A stretch of 64,000 nucleotides of DNA from Alphaproteobacteria bacterium (GCA_038131485.1 JAYPPO010000010.1:521-64520), one strand, 5' to 3'; counted from the first letter of the stretch, positions 21,692-34,380 are shown. A program made the numbers and translations. The notes: generated by a model from the letters alone, not told the origin.

Positions 21692-22026
21692 TCAGACGTG
21701 GAAGGACTCCCCGCAACCACAACGGCCCTTCTCATTCGGATTGTTAAAGACGAACCCGGACTGTAGCTTGTCCTCTACGTAGTCCATCTCTGTGCCGATC
21801 AGGAACATCAGCGCCTTGGCGTCTACAACAGCGTCACGCCCTTTTCCTCGACCACCTCGTCAAGCGGCTCCTTTTCAGAAGCGAATTCCATCGCGTATGC
21901 CATGCCGGAACAGCCGCCCGTGCGGATACCAATTCGGAGGCCCTGCGCGGGTTCCTGGCGCGACGACATCAGGTGCCTTACCCGATCCGCGGCTGCATCC
22001 ACAACGTCAGCTACCGAATTCGCCAT
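21692..22026 (-). CDS. sufA: A-type Fe-S carrier SufA/IscA (frameshifted)
   Basis: [43 protein letters not shown]. Confidence 0.88.
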
Positions 22027-22062
22027 TATGCTTCTCCAACACTTTCGTCGCGCGCACCGCGC

Positions 22063-22441
22063 CTAGATAAAACCTAGTTCAAGTTTCGCTGCTTCCGACA
22101 TCATGTCGGGTGACCACGGCGGGTCCCAGGTAAGCTCGAGCGTGACTTCGTCAATACCCTCGACCATTTCCACCCGCGAGCAATTAAGCTGGCAGGATCT
22201 CTCCGCGCCACCGGGCGTGGCGAGGTCAGCGTCATTTCAACAGCTCGACTTTGTTACTTCATCAGCAATGCTGACGTCGTAGATCAGCCTGAGCCTTTCG
22301 TAGATATTCACGGGAATCCGGGTCGTAGCACTGAAATCGCCGCCACGACTTCGCGTTTCAGCGCGTCCTTAGCCGGGTCTCCCGTCGTGATCGCCGTCTG
22401 ACGCCGGTGGGTTCCGCCTGTTCTGTCGTGTGTTCCATCAT
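22063..22441 (-). CDS. sufT: SufT/DUF59 Fe-S assembly protein (frameshifted)
   Basis: YDP.IPVNIYE..LIYDV and ELTWDPPWSPDMMSEAAKLELGFI; position in the suf operon. Confidence 0.8.
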
Positions 22442-22883
22442 TCCGTCGTCATTTCCTTGAGGCCGGCCTGCAAGGGCCGCATTGAACGCGGTGCTACGGC
22501 AGCGTGGCGCACTTCTTTATTCGGTGGGAAAGTCTCGACACCATCAGCGCGGCCAGTCTATCGTCTCGGCCATGGGTTCCGCATCGTCGCTGGTCAACTG
22601 GGCTTATGGAACTGATCGAAGATGGCGCGCACCTCTTCCAGCGTCTTTCCTTTGACGTTTTCGTCATCATCACGCGGAGCCAGCGAAATGGCGTAACCGC
22701 GTGCGACGAACGTCGCGTCCGCGATCCGTCGCCGCCGCTTTAGCCGTATACTGTGACCCGGTCGCCGCACAGGGGTTGCTGCCCTGCGCTTCACCCGAAG
22801 CGTCCTCAACGCATGCGAATTCCGGGGATCCTGGCCAGTCGAGATGATCTCCGGGGTAAAGATTGCGGAGGCCCCTGCCCATC
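22440..22883 (-). CDS. sufU: SufU (NifU-N family) protein (heavily frameshifted)
   Basis: Fragments LRNLY.EI, GSNPC, VKGKTLEEV, FP.RIKCATL between sufS and sufT. Confidence 0.65.
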
Positions 22884-24094
22884 TGAACATCTCTGCACCG
22901 GTTGATGCCCTTCACCATCGCATCGACTTCGCGCGTATTGTAGAGCCCGAACGACGCCCGCACTGGGTGGCCGCCATGTCGAAGCGGTCCATGATCGGCT
23001 GGGCGCAATGGTGCTCCTCGTCCCAATCCGCGATACTGTCAATCGAGGATCGTACTGACATCGTGCGGATGCACGTCGCGGATGTTGAACGACAGGATCG
23101 CGGCTTTCCGCACGCCGTCCCGACAATGTCGACGTTCAGCGCGCCGAGTTGCGCCGTCGCGTATTCGAGCAGGTCGTTTTCGTGCGCCGAGATCGCGTCG
23201 AACCTGATCCCGTCGACGTAGTCCATACCGCGCTGCCGCCGAGCGCGATAATCCCCGCGATGTGCGTGAGTCCCGCCTCGAACTTGAAGGGCAGTTCGGC
23301 GTAGGTCGTCTTCTGGAACGTCACCCGGTCGATCATTTTCCCCGCCGCCCTGGTAGGGCGGCATCGCGTCCAGCAGAGATTCCGCCGTATAGCACGCCGG
23401 ATCCTGCTCGGCCCGGGTAGAGCTTGTGGCCTGAAAAAACGTAGAAATCGACGTCAAGTGCCTGCATGTTCAGCTTCATGTGCGGGTGCCGCCTGGTAAG
23501 CCGTTTGAGCAGCACAACCGCGCCCCTCTTGTGAGCCTCGCGGATAACCCGGTCCACCGGCACAACAGTCCCCAGCGCGTTCGAGACATGCGTCAACGCC
23601 ACCATCTTCGTGCGGTCTGACAGCAAGTTCTTGTAATCGTCGACCAAAAACTCGCCGGCATCGTCCACTGGCACCACCTTGATGACTGCGCCGGTCTGTT
23701 CGGCGATCAGCTGCCAGGGCACGATATTGGAATGGTGCTCGAGCACCGACAACACGATCTCGTCGCCGGACGACAGGTTCTCCTCCCAGCCTGCCGCCAC
23801 GATTGATGCCCCTTGCGGCGCCGCGTACGAAGATCACCTTTCGACGACGCATTGATGAAATCGCGGATCCGCAACCGCGCCGCTTCCATCGCGTCCGCTG
23901 CCCTTGGCTCATATAATGAACGCCGCGGTGGACGTTCGAGTACTCGGTCTCGTACGTCCGCGAAATGCGCTTCATCACCGCCTTCGGCTTATGCGCGCTC
24001 GCTCCGTTGTCGAGATAGACCAGAGGCTTGCCGCACCTGCTCCGACAGGATGGGAAAATCGCTGCGGATGCGATCGATTGATAACGTCGCTCAC
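22880..24094 (-). CDS. sufS: Cysteine desulfurase SufS (frameshifted)
   Basis: LVYLDNGASAHKP, SNVHRGVH, LEHHSNIVPWQ, FYVFSGHKLY, PPYQGGG, HHCAQP, RASFGLYNT. Confidence 0.9.
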
Positions 24095-25365
24095 TTGCCG
24101 CCCTCTCTCGTCGTACCGGCCATCCAGTCCGAAATCGCCGCGAACATGTGATCGCGCACAGCGCCTTCCGGCACAGAATCGGTGACTTCCCCAACGAACG
24201 CCTCGACCAGAAGTGCTCGGGCCTCGGCCGGCGGAACCCCGCGGCTCGTCAGGTAGAACATCGCATTGCGGTCGAGGTCGTTGATTGTCGCGCCGCGATA
24301 TCTCATGTTGTTAAGAATATCTGCAACCTGCCTCGCCAGCCTGCGCCTCGCCATGGCGCTGATTGCGGTTCGATCGATCGAACCTTCTTCCTTGCCATCC
24401 TTCGACGGCTGACCGCCTGAAGACCGAATGTGGCCGTCGCTCGAACGCTTCGAATATCTACGGTTCATGTATATCTGGCGCCCGATGCGCCAAGGTCATG
24501 CCGACGATCGCCAGTAGTGCGGCGCTGGAAATCTCGCAATCCGCGCTCGCCGCTGACGAGACGCACGTCTCGTTGCGCGACAAGACGGCCCTGTCGCACT
24601 GCCGCGGCAGTAGCGCGCGTCACGCGCAAGGGATACGCGCGTCAGAGCTGTATGGAAGGCTCGGATGGACTGCGTCTGGCGCTTGTAGTGCCGGACGGAC
24701 GCGTTCGCGCCGACGTCGATATCGGTCACCGGATTGCTCCAATAGGCCGACTGGGCTGCGCTGACAAAGGTCTCGACGACCACAGCTTCCGCGCCGATGC
24801 CCGCCGCGATAATTGTGCGGGGATGAACCGAAATCTTCGCTTCACCCGAATCGACGACATGGAGCACCTGGACCGGCCGGTCGAGTTTCACGCCGTCCGC
24901 TATCTCGAGAAACAGCCCGTCCCGCATGAACGCGGTGTTAAGCGCGACCAGCGAGACTGATTGCTCATAGTCGGTATCGCCCAGCGATTCATCGTCCAGC
25001 GTACCAAGCGCGTCAGACAACGCCGTCAGTCGCACGCCATCGGGAATATGCGAAAGCTCCGAAAGTGCCTGATTGAAACGGCCGTTAACGATTCCGACGC
25101 AATGCCCACCGTCCATGCGCGGAGGGCCTGCCATTGCGCAAGATCGTGCTACTCCGTCGTGCAGCGGGTCGAAACCGCGCGGTCAGATCCGGTTCAAATT
25201 GGTATTTCCAGCTCGATGCGGCGTTTGAAAGTCGCTCCTGCAAAGGCTTTCATCGCCGCGCCGAGCGCCGGCGAGCCGCGGCCCGGCAGGGTCGCAACGC
25301 CCCGCTCGAAACGGTCGATCAGCAAACTTTGCGACAGTCTGCCTCGCCGATCGTCGCCGTCCGTC
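24091..25365 (-). CDS. sufD: Fe-S assembly protein SufD (heavily frameshifted, boundaries approximate)
   Basis: LNTAFMRDGLFLEI, WSNPVTDI, MFYLTSRGVPPAEARALLVEAF. Confidence 0.8.
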
Positions 25366-25369
25366 GCCC

Positions 25370-26132
25370 AGGTCGCTGCCGGCGCGCCATCGTCAATACC
25401 GAAGCGCACGTAGCCGTCCTCCTAAGCCCGGCGCAAGCTCTTTGCCGCCGCTACACGAACTGGCCCTTCGCCAGCATGCACCTTGTCGGGCAATGATGTG
25501 ATCGAGCAGACGCTGATAGTGCGTGATCACTTAACATAGAGCGTTGCGGCGAGCGCAACTCTTGTCTTCACGCCTTCGGAGACGATCCTGAGCGCATCGA
25601 TATCTAGGCCCGGGAATCCGTCTCATCGAGGATCGCGAGTTTCCGCGCTCCAGCATCGCCATCTGAAATCTCGTTCCGCTTTCTCTCCGCCGCCTGAGAA
25701 ACTGACGTCTACGGGGCGCTTCGGTGAAGCTCATCTTTCATCTCAAGAATCTTGCCTTTCTCTCTAGCATACTTGAGAAAATTCTATTGAATCGAGCTGC
25801 TCGTCACCACGCCCCTTGCGGACTGCGTTTACTGCCGTCTTAAGAAACGTTAGGTTGGAAACGCCCGGAATTTCGACTGGATACTGCAGCGCAAGGAAGA
25901 CACCAGCCGCTGCCCGCTCATGCGGCTCCATGGCAAGCAGGTCGCGGCCCTCGAACAGGATCGAGCCGTCCGTCACCTTATAGCCCTCGCGGCCCGACAG
26001 CACGTAGGACAGTGTGCTCTTGCCCGATCCGTTGGGCCCCATGATCGCGCTGCCGGTATCGATCTCGAGATCGATGCCCTTGAGAATTTCCTTTCCGTCC
26101 ACCGAAACGTGTAGATTTTTTACCGTAAGCAT
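25370..26132 (-). CDS. sufC: Fe-S assembly ATPase SufC (frameshifted)
   Basis: AIMGPNGSGKST, FLALQYPVEIPGV, ITHYQRLLD. Confidence 0.9.
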
Positions 26133-26148
26133 TTTCGTTCCGTCCGTA

Positions 26149-27593
26149 TTAGCCGACGCTGCCTTCGAGCGTGATGCCGAGCAGTTTCTGGGCTTCCACT
26201 GCGAACTCCATTGGGAGTTCCTTAAGGACTTCCTTACAGAAGCCGTTCACGATCAGCGACACCGCCTCTTCTGGATCGAGACCGCGCTGCTGGCAGTAAA
26301 ACATTTGGTCTTCGCTGATCTTCGACGTCGTCGCCTCGTGCTCGACCTGAGCGGTTTGGTTTGAGACCTCGATATAGGGGACTGTATGCGCCTGCACTCG
26401 TCGCCAATCAGCAGCGAATCGCATTGCGTGTAGTTACGCGCATTTTCCGCTCCGCTATCAGGTTTTGACAAGGTCGCGGTAGGTGCTCTGACTCCCTTGC
26501 CATTGAAATGCCCTTAGAAATGATGGTGCTCGACGTATTTTTGCCTATATGGATCATCTTGGTACCAGTGTCGGCCTGTTGGTAGTTGTTGGTAATCGCC
26601 ACGGAATAAAACTCGCCGACTGGAATTGTCGCCTTCAAGAATGCAGCTTGGGTATTTCCAGGTTACCGCCGAGCCTGTCTCCACCTGGGTCCAGGAGATC
26701 TTCTTCGAGTGTGCCCCGCGGCAGACGCCGCTTGGTCACAAATTGTAGATGCTGCCACGGCCTTCCTCGTCACCCGGTACCAGTTTTGCACCGTGGAGTA
26801 CTTGATCCCCGCGCCTTCCATGGCAATGAGCTCGACGACGGCGGCATGAAGCTGGTTCGTCGCGCATCGGCGCGGTGCAACCTCAAGGTAGCTAACATAG
26901 CTGCCTTCATCCGCCACTATCAGGGTGCGTCTGAACTGGCCGGTATTCGCAGCGGGTTGATGCGAAATAGTGCTGAGTCCATAGGCACCGCACGCCCCAG
27001 GAACGTAAACAAAGGTCCGGCCGCTGAACACGGCTCGAATTTATGTCGCATAGAAGTTGTCGGCATAGGGTACTACCGTGCCGAGATACTTCTCGGATGA
27101 GTTTCGATGCTTCGGCACCGCATCCGAGATCGAAAGCAGAAGATGACGCCGGCTTCGCCGCTTTTCCTACGTCGCCTTTACTGATACCGAGTCGAACACG
27201 GCGCGAGCAGCCGCTGCTCATATACCCGCCTGTTTCCGCGATGAATCCCAGCTGTATGTTTCAAGTAACTTGGGGTCAATCTCGTCGAGGCTTTGCGGTT
27301 GGTCTTCGCTGCGCTTGGGCGAGCGTGTAGTAGAGGCGCATCCTAAAATCTATAAGCTGATACTTAAGAAACGCCCAATTGGGCTCATTCATCGTCAGCC
27401 AGTGCTGGTAGGCCGTCAGCCGCCATTCGAGCATCCATTCCGGCTCGTTTTTCTTCGCTGAAATGAACCGGACAATATCCTCGCTCAGTCCCTTCGGGGC
27501 GAACTCAGAATCGATGTCGGTGACGAAGCCATACTTATAGTCGCGCTTAGCGACTTCCTCCATAACGGGTGCTGTGTCCGCAGGCGGTGCCAT
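26149..27593 (-). CDS. sufB: Fe-S assembly protein SufB (heavily frameshifted)
   Basis: [67 protein letters not shown]...EGSVG. Confidence 0.92.
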
Positions 27594-27608
27594 AATCGTG
27601 GTATCTCC

Positions 27609-28065
27609 TCAGGATGTCGTCGCGCGGGCCGATACCGGCTCAAGCTTCTGTTCGGTCACAGTCAATTGCTGTGGCGCGGCCATTTCCGCGAGCGTCACGC
27701 CTTGAAGCGCGCCGACTAGCGCGTCGTTGATGCGGCGCCAGTTCGTCCTTGTCGGCACAGCGCCTCGATTTCGCAGATTGCGCCATCGTCCGTCATGCAT
27801 TCGGTGAGCGCGATGGGCCCGTCGAGCGCAGCGACGATCCGCGCCACGGTGATCTCTTCCGGCTTTTCCGATAGCACCCTCCAATGCACCGCGATGCGAA
27901 GCAAGAAGATCCGCCGCCGCCAATTGCTTGCGATCTTGCTGACCGTCGGAACGGCAATCCAGTCTTTTCTGCAAGCTCCGTCGCCGACACGCGCTGATCT
28001 CTAGAGCGGGCCATCTGTACCATCAAAATGACACCGTAATCTGCGAGCCTGCTCAATTTAATCAT
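27609..28065 (-). CDS. Rrf2-family SUF system regulator (frameshifted)
   Basis: MIKLSRLADYG, ALDGPIALTEC, NWRRIN; first gene of the suf operon. Confidence 0.85.
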
Positions 28066-28388
28066 ATCGATCAAAACTTTTATTCAATCCGCACCAGAAC
28101 GGTACCAATAAAGAAATAGTCTCTGCAAGTATTGGTCAAGGGCGCCCTCGGCATGTCGCTTGGCTTCTTCTCGGGTGCCTTTGTGAACGTTTCCATCTCC
28201 GACGAGCCTCTCGCCCCAACGCTTTTATTAAGGTGCCCGAACTCGACATGAGCGCCCTGTTTGGCATAGGCCTGATCGGTCACGGCATCGCTCGACAGCG
28301 CCGCATCTAATCAACGACCACATCGCAAATACGGAGACGGCCGGGTTTTCCCGGCCGTTTTTAGTTTGTATACAGCTTTGCCTGCCGG

Positions 28389-29400
28389 TCAGCTTGGCAC
28401 GAACTTTTCCGCGTGAACTTTGGTGGCCGGTACGCCGTTCGACGACAGCCACCCTTCCGCCGCTTCAATCATTGGCGGCGGACCACATAGGTAGACACGA
28501 CAAGCGCCGCCCGAGAGCAAATCCGGCCGCAGCAGATCAGTGACGTGGCCGGTCGCCAAGTTACAGCTGCTTTCGCCGTCCACGACGGCGCGCTCGACGG
28601 TCAATGACAGTCCCTTCGCCACATAGCCGTCAAGCTGTCCCTGGGCGAAGAACTCGTCGGGCCTATTTGCGCCATACAGCAAATGCACAGGCTGGCGGGT
28701 GTCTCCCAAGGACCATCCCCGTCGAGCATCGACAGCATCAAGGAGTCTCTGTGCCACTGCCCACCATCAAGATCGGCTCCTCAATCCCGGCCGGAGATAG
28801 AAACGGCCGAACGGACCCGTCATGGTCATCTCATCCTCAGCCTTGCTTCGCTGATATATAATCGCCTCATAGCACCCTTGCCCGAAAGTACCTTAATGAA
28901 GAACTCGTAGCCATCAGTCCGCGATGGCGGGTTCGCGAAAGAATAAGACCGGTGCTTATCGGTGCCCGGCACCGATAGGTGTACATACTGGCCGGGAATG
29001 AACGAAATAGGCTCGGCGTTAATAACGGGCGTTGCCACAACGCGGGCGACGGTCGACGAGACCATGCCGACTTCGCTAACCGTGACGCTTCATGATTCCG
29101 GCTCGGATTCGCAGTGCGGATATTCGGCCCCCGTGAAATCTGATCCCGGTCCGACTTGGCATGCATCTGGCACGTCAGCACCTCGCGACGCGCGAACTCC
29201 GTCAGCGATCCCTTCCGTATACTCGTCGAGGAGTACTACCCTTCGTGCACATACCCTTGCAGGTCGTGCAAGCTCCAGGCAGTCTGTCAGGATGCGATGC
29301 GATTCTTCAACGCCGCGAAATAGATGTTGTCGTCTCGTTCGCATTGAAGCGGATAATCCGTCCGTCTTCGAAGACGAAAGTCACTTCTGTGTGTGCTCAT
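28389..29400 (-). CDS. Ring-hydroxylating dioxygenase reductase (BenC/AntC type; frameshifted)
   Basis: N-terminal 2Fe-2S region with LTCQ, FIPGQY...RSYSFAN, LLYGAN, YLCGPPPM, HAEKF. Confidence 0.82.
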
Positions 29401-29403
29401 TGA

Positions 29404-30427
29404 TTATCCTTCGGGCATGAGCGCGGTTTGACGCTTCGCCGCGCCGATCGTCTGAAACTTCCGCCGCTTCCGACAGCGGCAGGATGGCTCGATCATATAA
29501 ATCGACAGCTCCGCGATAGACGAGTTCCGTCGAACGTTGCCATGTATCCCATATTTGACGGCCGTGAATATTAACCATACTCGGGCACTTAAGTAGCCAG
29601 TAAGTGAAATCGACCGGGATTTCCCTCGGTGGCGCTCCTACGAGACGGAAATCGCCCCCCTTACACAGACTGTCGAAGACCGTCTGAAAGCCCGCCTCCG
29701 AGCCGGAAAATTCTATCCCGACGTCGGCTCCCTCGCCGCCCGTCATGTCGCGGACGGCATCTGCAACATTCGTCTCGTCGGCCTTGAGCGTGCGGTCCGC
29801 GCCCATTGCCTCGGCCGTCTTCAGACGTAAGGGGTTGAGATCAGCCGCAATCACCCGCCCCGCGCCCAGCGCTCGGGCGACTGTTACGGCCATGAGCCCA
29901 ATCGGCCCGCACCTGTTCACCAGAACTGTTCTGGCCGGAGACGCCTGAGCCTTCTTAGACAGTATGACGGCAATGCCGGCGGCCCAGCATCGCCGCTGTC
30001 TCGTGGCAGATCTGCTGGATTTTTCCAGGCGATGATCGCAGGGCACGGTAACGTACTCCGCAAACGCCCCGTCGATATCGATACCGGGATAGCTCGTCGC
30101 ATTGCAAAGATGCGCGCGCCCCAGGCGGCAAGGACGGCAGACACCGCAATAAATATGGCTTTCGAGACTCACATGGTCGCCAACGACAACGTTCGTAACG
30201 CCCTCTCCGATCTGTTCGACGACGCCGCTAACCTCGTGGCCCAGCACGCGCGGGAGCGCCATCCGCCTCGCCATTCTCGGTGCCCAGTTGTAGATCTGCA
30301 TGTCGGTGCCACAGATTCCGGCTGCGCCGACCTTCAGGCGAATTTCCCCGGGGCCCGCGTCGCGCGGATCCCATTCGCGGACGTTGACGCCGCCGACGGT
30401 AGCTTCCGTCTTGCAAAGCGCCAGCAT
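29404..30427 (-). CDS. Zn-dependent medium-chain dehydrogenase, threonine dehydrogenase-like (indels)
   Basis: GICGTDMQIY.W, LGHEVSG, ESHIYCGVCRPC..G..HLC, GPIGLM. Confidence 0.85.
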
Positions 30428-30911
30428 CAGAGGTGATAGACGTCGATCGGCCCTTCAAGGCGATCGTCGATGAAAGTGATCTTCTTCCGGCTGATTCTAA
30501 GCCTACCTTCCTCGCGCCGCAGCTTGAAATCGTACAGGCTGCCCCGCGTCAGACTGCCCTTTTTGCCGTAGGTGTGAATAACGCAATTCGCGGTCGCCTC
30601 GATCTCGTCGCCCTTCTCCGACTGTATGAGGACGTTGCCAACGACGTGCACGGTGCGGTCTAGCGGCACCGACGCGTATGAATTCGCGGATCTGATCCTG
30701 AAAACGCGGTCCTCGAGCCCGCCGCGATTGCGGAGGTAGATCGATTGAGGTTCAGCTCGGGATCTTCGGTCGTCTCTTCCTCGTTGGCCCAGGACGGCAC
30801 CCAGTAGACGGCACCAGCAAGATCAATCCAGTCGTACCACTCCTCGTCGATCGGTTAGTGTGGATCTTGCGGTATATCAGGCTGGTTGGCTTCGGTCTGC
30901 AGGTCACTCAT
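30427..30911 (-). CDS. Ring-hydroxylating dioxygenase beta subunit (BenB/AntB-like; frameshifted)
   Basis: YWVPSW, GGLEDRVFRI, ASVPLDRTVHVVGNV, ISRKKI...PIDVYHL. Confidence 0.85.
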
Positions 30912-32222
30912 CCCATGACGCCTCTCTCCCTTCATCATCTTTATCCATTGTCTGTAGAGTCCGTGGAAAAGGACTTCGTGATCCCAGTTGTCCGAGCTGG
31001 CCACAGGCTCGAAGCCGAGCGCTTTCGCCCCGTCGTCAGCGCCCTTCGTGAATGTCCCGATGCCGCGATTGAACTCGCTCCACCGCGCATCCCGTGCTAG
31101 CGAGCCTTCGTGCGAGTCTTCGAGAGCCGCGATGTCGTCGGATGTCGCCATACCGGCGGTCAGGTAAAAGTCTTCGAACTTGCGCAGCCGGCCCGCTCGA
31201 GCGGAATCGCTCTCGCCCTTCGGCGCGATGGTGACGCGACCTCCATCCACATTGACAGGGGTTTCATCACACGAATTTGCGTCGACGGGTTGTCCATAAG
31301 CAGCACGTTCGGGAAGATGAAGAGATTGCGGCCCTTATTCAGGATCCAATCGACCTGCGCGGGCTTCAGTTCCCTCTCCAACCGCTCCTTCGCTTCCCAT
31401 ACTGGGCGCACCTCGGGCGTCGTGTGCTGTGCCCAGATCGCCATGTGACCGTTGCCGAGATCGTAGCTACCGGTCGGCACTCCACCGGCGATGCGCCCCG
31501 CCTCGGTTTTCTTAATCCCCGTATATTCACCCTTGCCCGCGCGCCGAGATGGTGTGCGCAAAGACCTGGTGGACGGTGAGAAACATGATAGCCATCGACG
31601 CTGCCTCGGCCTGCAGCTTCCAGTTGCCGTCAATCACATAGGTGAGCTGCCAGGGACTGTCTCGAGACCGTCGGGCGACTGCACGATCATTAAATCGATC
31701 CAGGGCTTTGTTGCGCCCAGCCAGTCCTCGAGCGAGGGGACGTCCGGGTTCAAGCTGCCAAACACGAAACCCTTATAGGAGCCCGTTCGCGCGATCTCGC
31801 GCAGGTCGTAATGCGACTTCTCGGTTCCCTCCTCTTCATTCTTCACGCCGATACAGCCGCCGTCGCACTTGTAGCTCCAGCCGTGAAAACGGCAGGTCAG
31901 CGTCTTCGCGTTGCCTCGACGAAACGGCGTCAGGATAGCCGCGCGGTGCGAGCACGCGTTGATGAAGCATTTGAGGGAGCCGTCTTCCTGGCGATGGACG
32001 TAGACAGGCTGGCGGCCGATTTCTGTCCAGAAATAGTCGCCATGCTTCTCTACCTGGCTCTCGTGGCAAAGGAAGACCCAGCATTTTTCGAAGATCTGCT
32101 CGATCTCCTTTTCGAATAACGCCGGATCTGTATACACAGCGCGATCGACGCGAAATACGCCTTCTGCCGACGCGGTCGTCGACCAGTTCGAGCAGTTGGG
32201 GAGTTACGACGCTGCCGTCCAT
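30904..32222 (-). CDS. Rieske dioxygenase alpha subunit 2 (BenA/AntA-like; frameshifted)
   Basis: NACSHR...TCRFHGW Rieske motif, NWKLQAE..DGYH..TVH, GRNLFIFPN, FEDFY..GMATSDD. Confidence 0.9.
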
Positions 32223-32232
32223 GGCTTTTCCT

Positions 32233-33551
32233 TCAGAGATTCAGTACCTGCTTCTCCCACTGTCGGTAGAAGCTGTAATATGAGCGTTTCATGATCCCAG
32301 CTGTTGTTGCTGCTTCCTGGATTGAAGCCACCTTCCTCCGCGACGTCGTCGGGGCTGCTCCATCATGGTTCCCATGCCAGCGATGGAATCCCCCGCCCCA
32401 TTTGGCGCGGCGTCCGGCGGCTGCCATCATATCGCTTCGAGCGCCATCACGTCATCAGACGTTGCCATTCCGCTCGCCATAAAGAAGTCTTCGAATTTCC
32501 GAAGCCTTGCATAGCGCGCCTCGCGGCTCTCATCGGCGGGTGCGAGGCAGTAGATGGTGACCTCAGTCTCGTTGGCAGAGATTGGCCGGAAGATCCGGAT
32601 CTGCGTCGCTGCAAAATCGTTAATCATCAGCGACGGGTAAACGATCAGGTTGCGGCCGCGCCGTAGCATCCAGTTAACCTTGCCCTCTGGATGCGTTGCG
32701 GCAAGCTTGTCTTCCGCCTCCGACAGCGGCGAGGTGGAGACCGGGTCGCGTTCTGCCCAGATCACCATGTGGCCCTTTGCCGAGATCGTAACAGCCGTTT
32801 CGCACCTTCTTGGCAAGCCGGCCGACCTCGGTCTCATCATAACCTCAGCCCTCGCGCTGTTCGCGCTTGCGGACCGTGTTTGCGAAAATCCGGTGAACGG
32901 TGCTGGTGTGATAGCCGTCGACTGCATTCTCGGTCGACATCTTCCAATTACCGCCCACTATGTAGGTCTGAGAGCCTGGCAGAACCGAAGCCCGGCCGCC
33001 GACTGGTCCGCAACGAACGCGAGAAACGCCTTCGACCCGCAGAAAAAATCTTCGAGTGGCTCGACATCAGCCTTTATTGAGCCGAACACGAAGCCCTTGA
33101 AGCTATCCACAGCACCGATCTCGCGGAGGTCATAGACGCTCCGGTCGAACCTTTCGCCATAGCCACTCTCCTCTTCTTTGATACGAATGCAGACGCCATC
33201 GCACTTATAGGTCCAGCCGTGGAAGCGGCAGGTCAGGGTCTTAGCGTTACCCTGCTTGGTCGGCGTCAGAATGGTGGCGGCGCGATGCGAGCACGCGTTG
33301 AGGAACGCCTTGAGGTCGCCCTTCTTGTCGGTGACGAACACCGGCTGGCGGCCGATATGAGTCGTGTAATAATCGCCCGGCTTTCCACCATTCTCGTGGC
33401 ACAGAAACTGCCAGTTCGCCTCGAAGATATTGCGCATCTCCGTTTCGAAGATCTCTTCGTCGAGATAGATGCGGCGATCTATGCGGAAGACGCCGTCCTC
33501 CGGACGGTCATCGATCAGGACGTCCGTGTTGGTCCGTGCAAATCCATCCAT
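32233..33551 (-). CDS. Rieske dioxygenase alpha subunit 1 (BenA/AntA-like; frameshifted)
   Basis: NACSHR...TCRFHGW, GNWKMSTENAVDGYHTSTVH, GRNLIVYPS, FEDFFMASGMATSDD. Confidence 0.9.
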
Positions 33552-33557
33552 CGTGTC

Positions 33558-34300
33558 TTACTCCCTATTCCGCCGCCGTGCCGCGCTGCGGTAGCTGAGG
33601 GCGTGCGAAATGTCCGCCGCCGCCTGCCGAACACAGTCAATACAATGTTTGCGGTTCTCCTCCGTCAGCCGCACTGGGCCCAAACAGGTGACGCCGCCCG
33701 CGACCATCCCGATCCATGCCGAATACAGGCGCCGCGACCGAGACCGCTCCCTTAATTATTTCACCTTCCGATACGCAGACGCCGGTCTGCCGCACCTCGT
33801 CGAGCCTCGGATCGGCGGGCGCATACGGCATGAAGGCAAGCATCGAGCGTCCCGAGGCGCCGACGTTGAGTTTCTCCGTGAAGCCGACACCGCGGTTGAA
33901 GGTCAACGCCTGGCGGCTTGGCAGCTCCTCGATGCAGATCTTTTCGTCATTAGTGCCGGGCACGAACAGCGCCACGGTTTCGTCGGTTTCTTCCCAAAGG
34001 CGGCCGAGAATGGGCCGCGCTGCGCGGACGAAATTGTCCTGGCCGATCCAGTTCCCGGCCAGCCGCGTCGCACCCGACCCTAGCTCGAAACGCTGAGGCT
34101 CGCCGTGTGAGCGGATTAACCCCTTGCCTTCAAGTGTTGCCAGGATGCGATAGAGCGTGGGCCGGTCGAGCTCGAGACGTTTTTGAAGGTCGGTAACGCC
34201 CAATAGCGGCGTTATCGCGGCCGAAACAGGACAGCACGTCGACCGCACGCTCGATGGAGCGGATCGTCTTAGGTTCGTCATCAGCGTGATCGTAGAGCAT
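33558..34300 (-). CDS. IclR-family transcriptional regulator (frameshifted)
   Basis: IRSIERAVDVL, LDRPTLYRILATL HTH, TDETV, GASGRSML, SVAAPVF. Confidence 0.85.
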
Positions 34301-34380
34301 GCATGAAAGCTTGATTGCGCAGCGCCTGTACGCTGTGCGTACATGGTGTACACCAACACTATTTATATCCGCGACAGCCG

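Noticed and set aside
28080-28389. Possible Rrf2 operator (GCACC-AGAAC-GGTAC near 28091-28105) and small ORFs upstream of suf
   Set aside because: The palindrome is short and imperfect, and the ORFs lack RBS or motifs; plausible but not supportable.
30904-33551. Tandem alpha genes as an assembly duplication
   Set aside because: The copies differ throughout, including synonymous positions and N-termini, far beyond the local error pattern.
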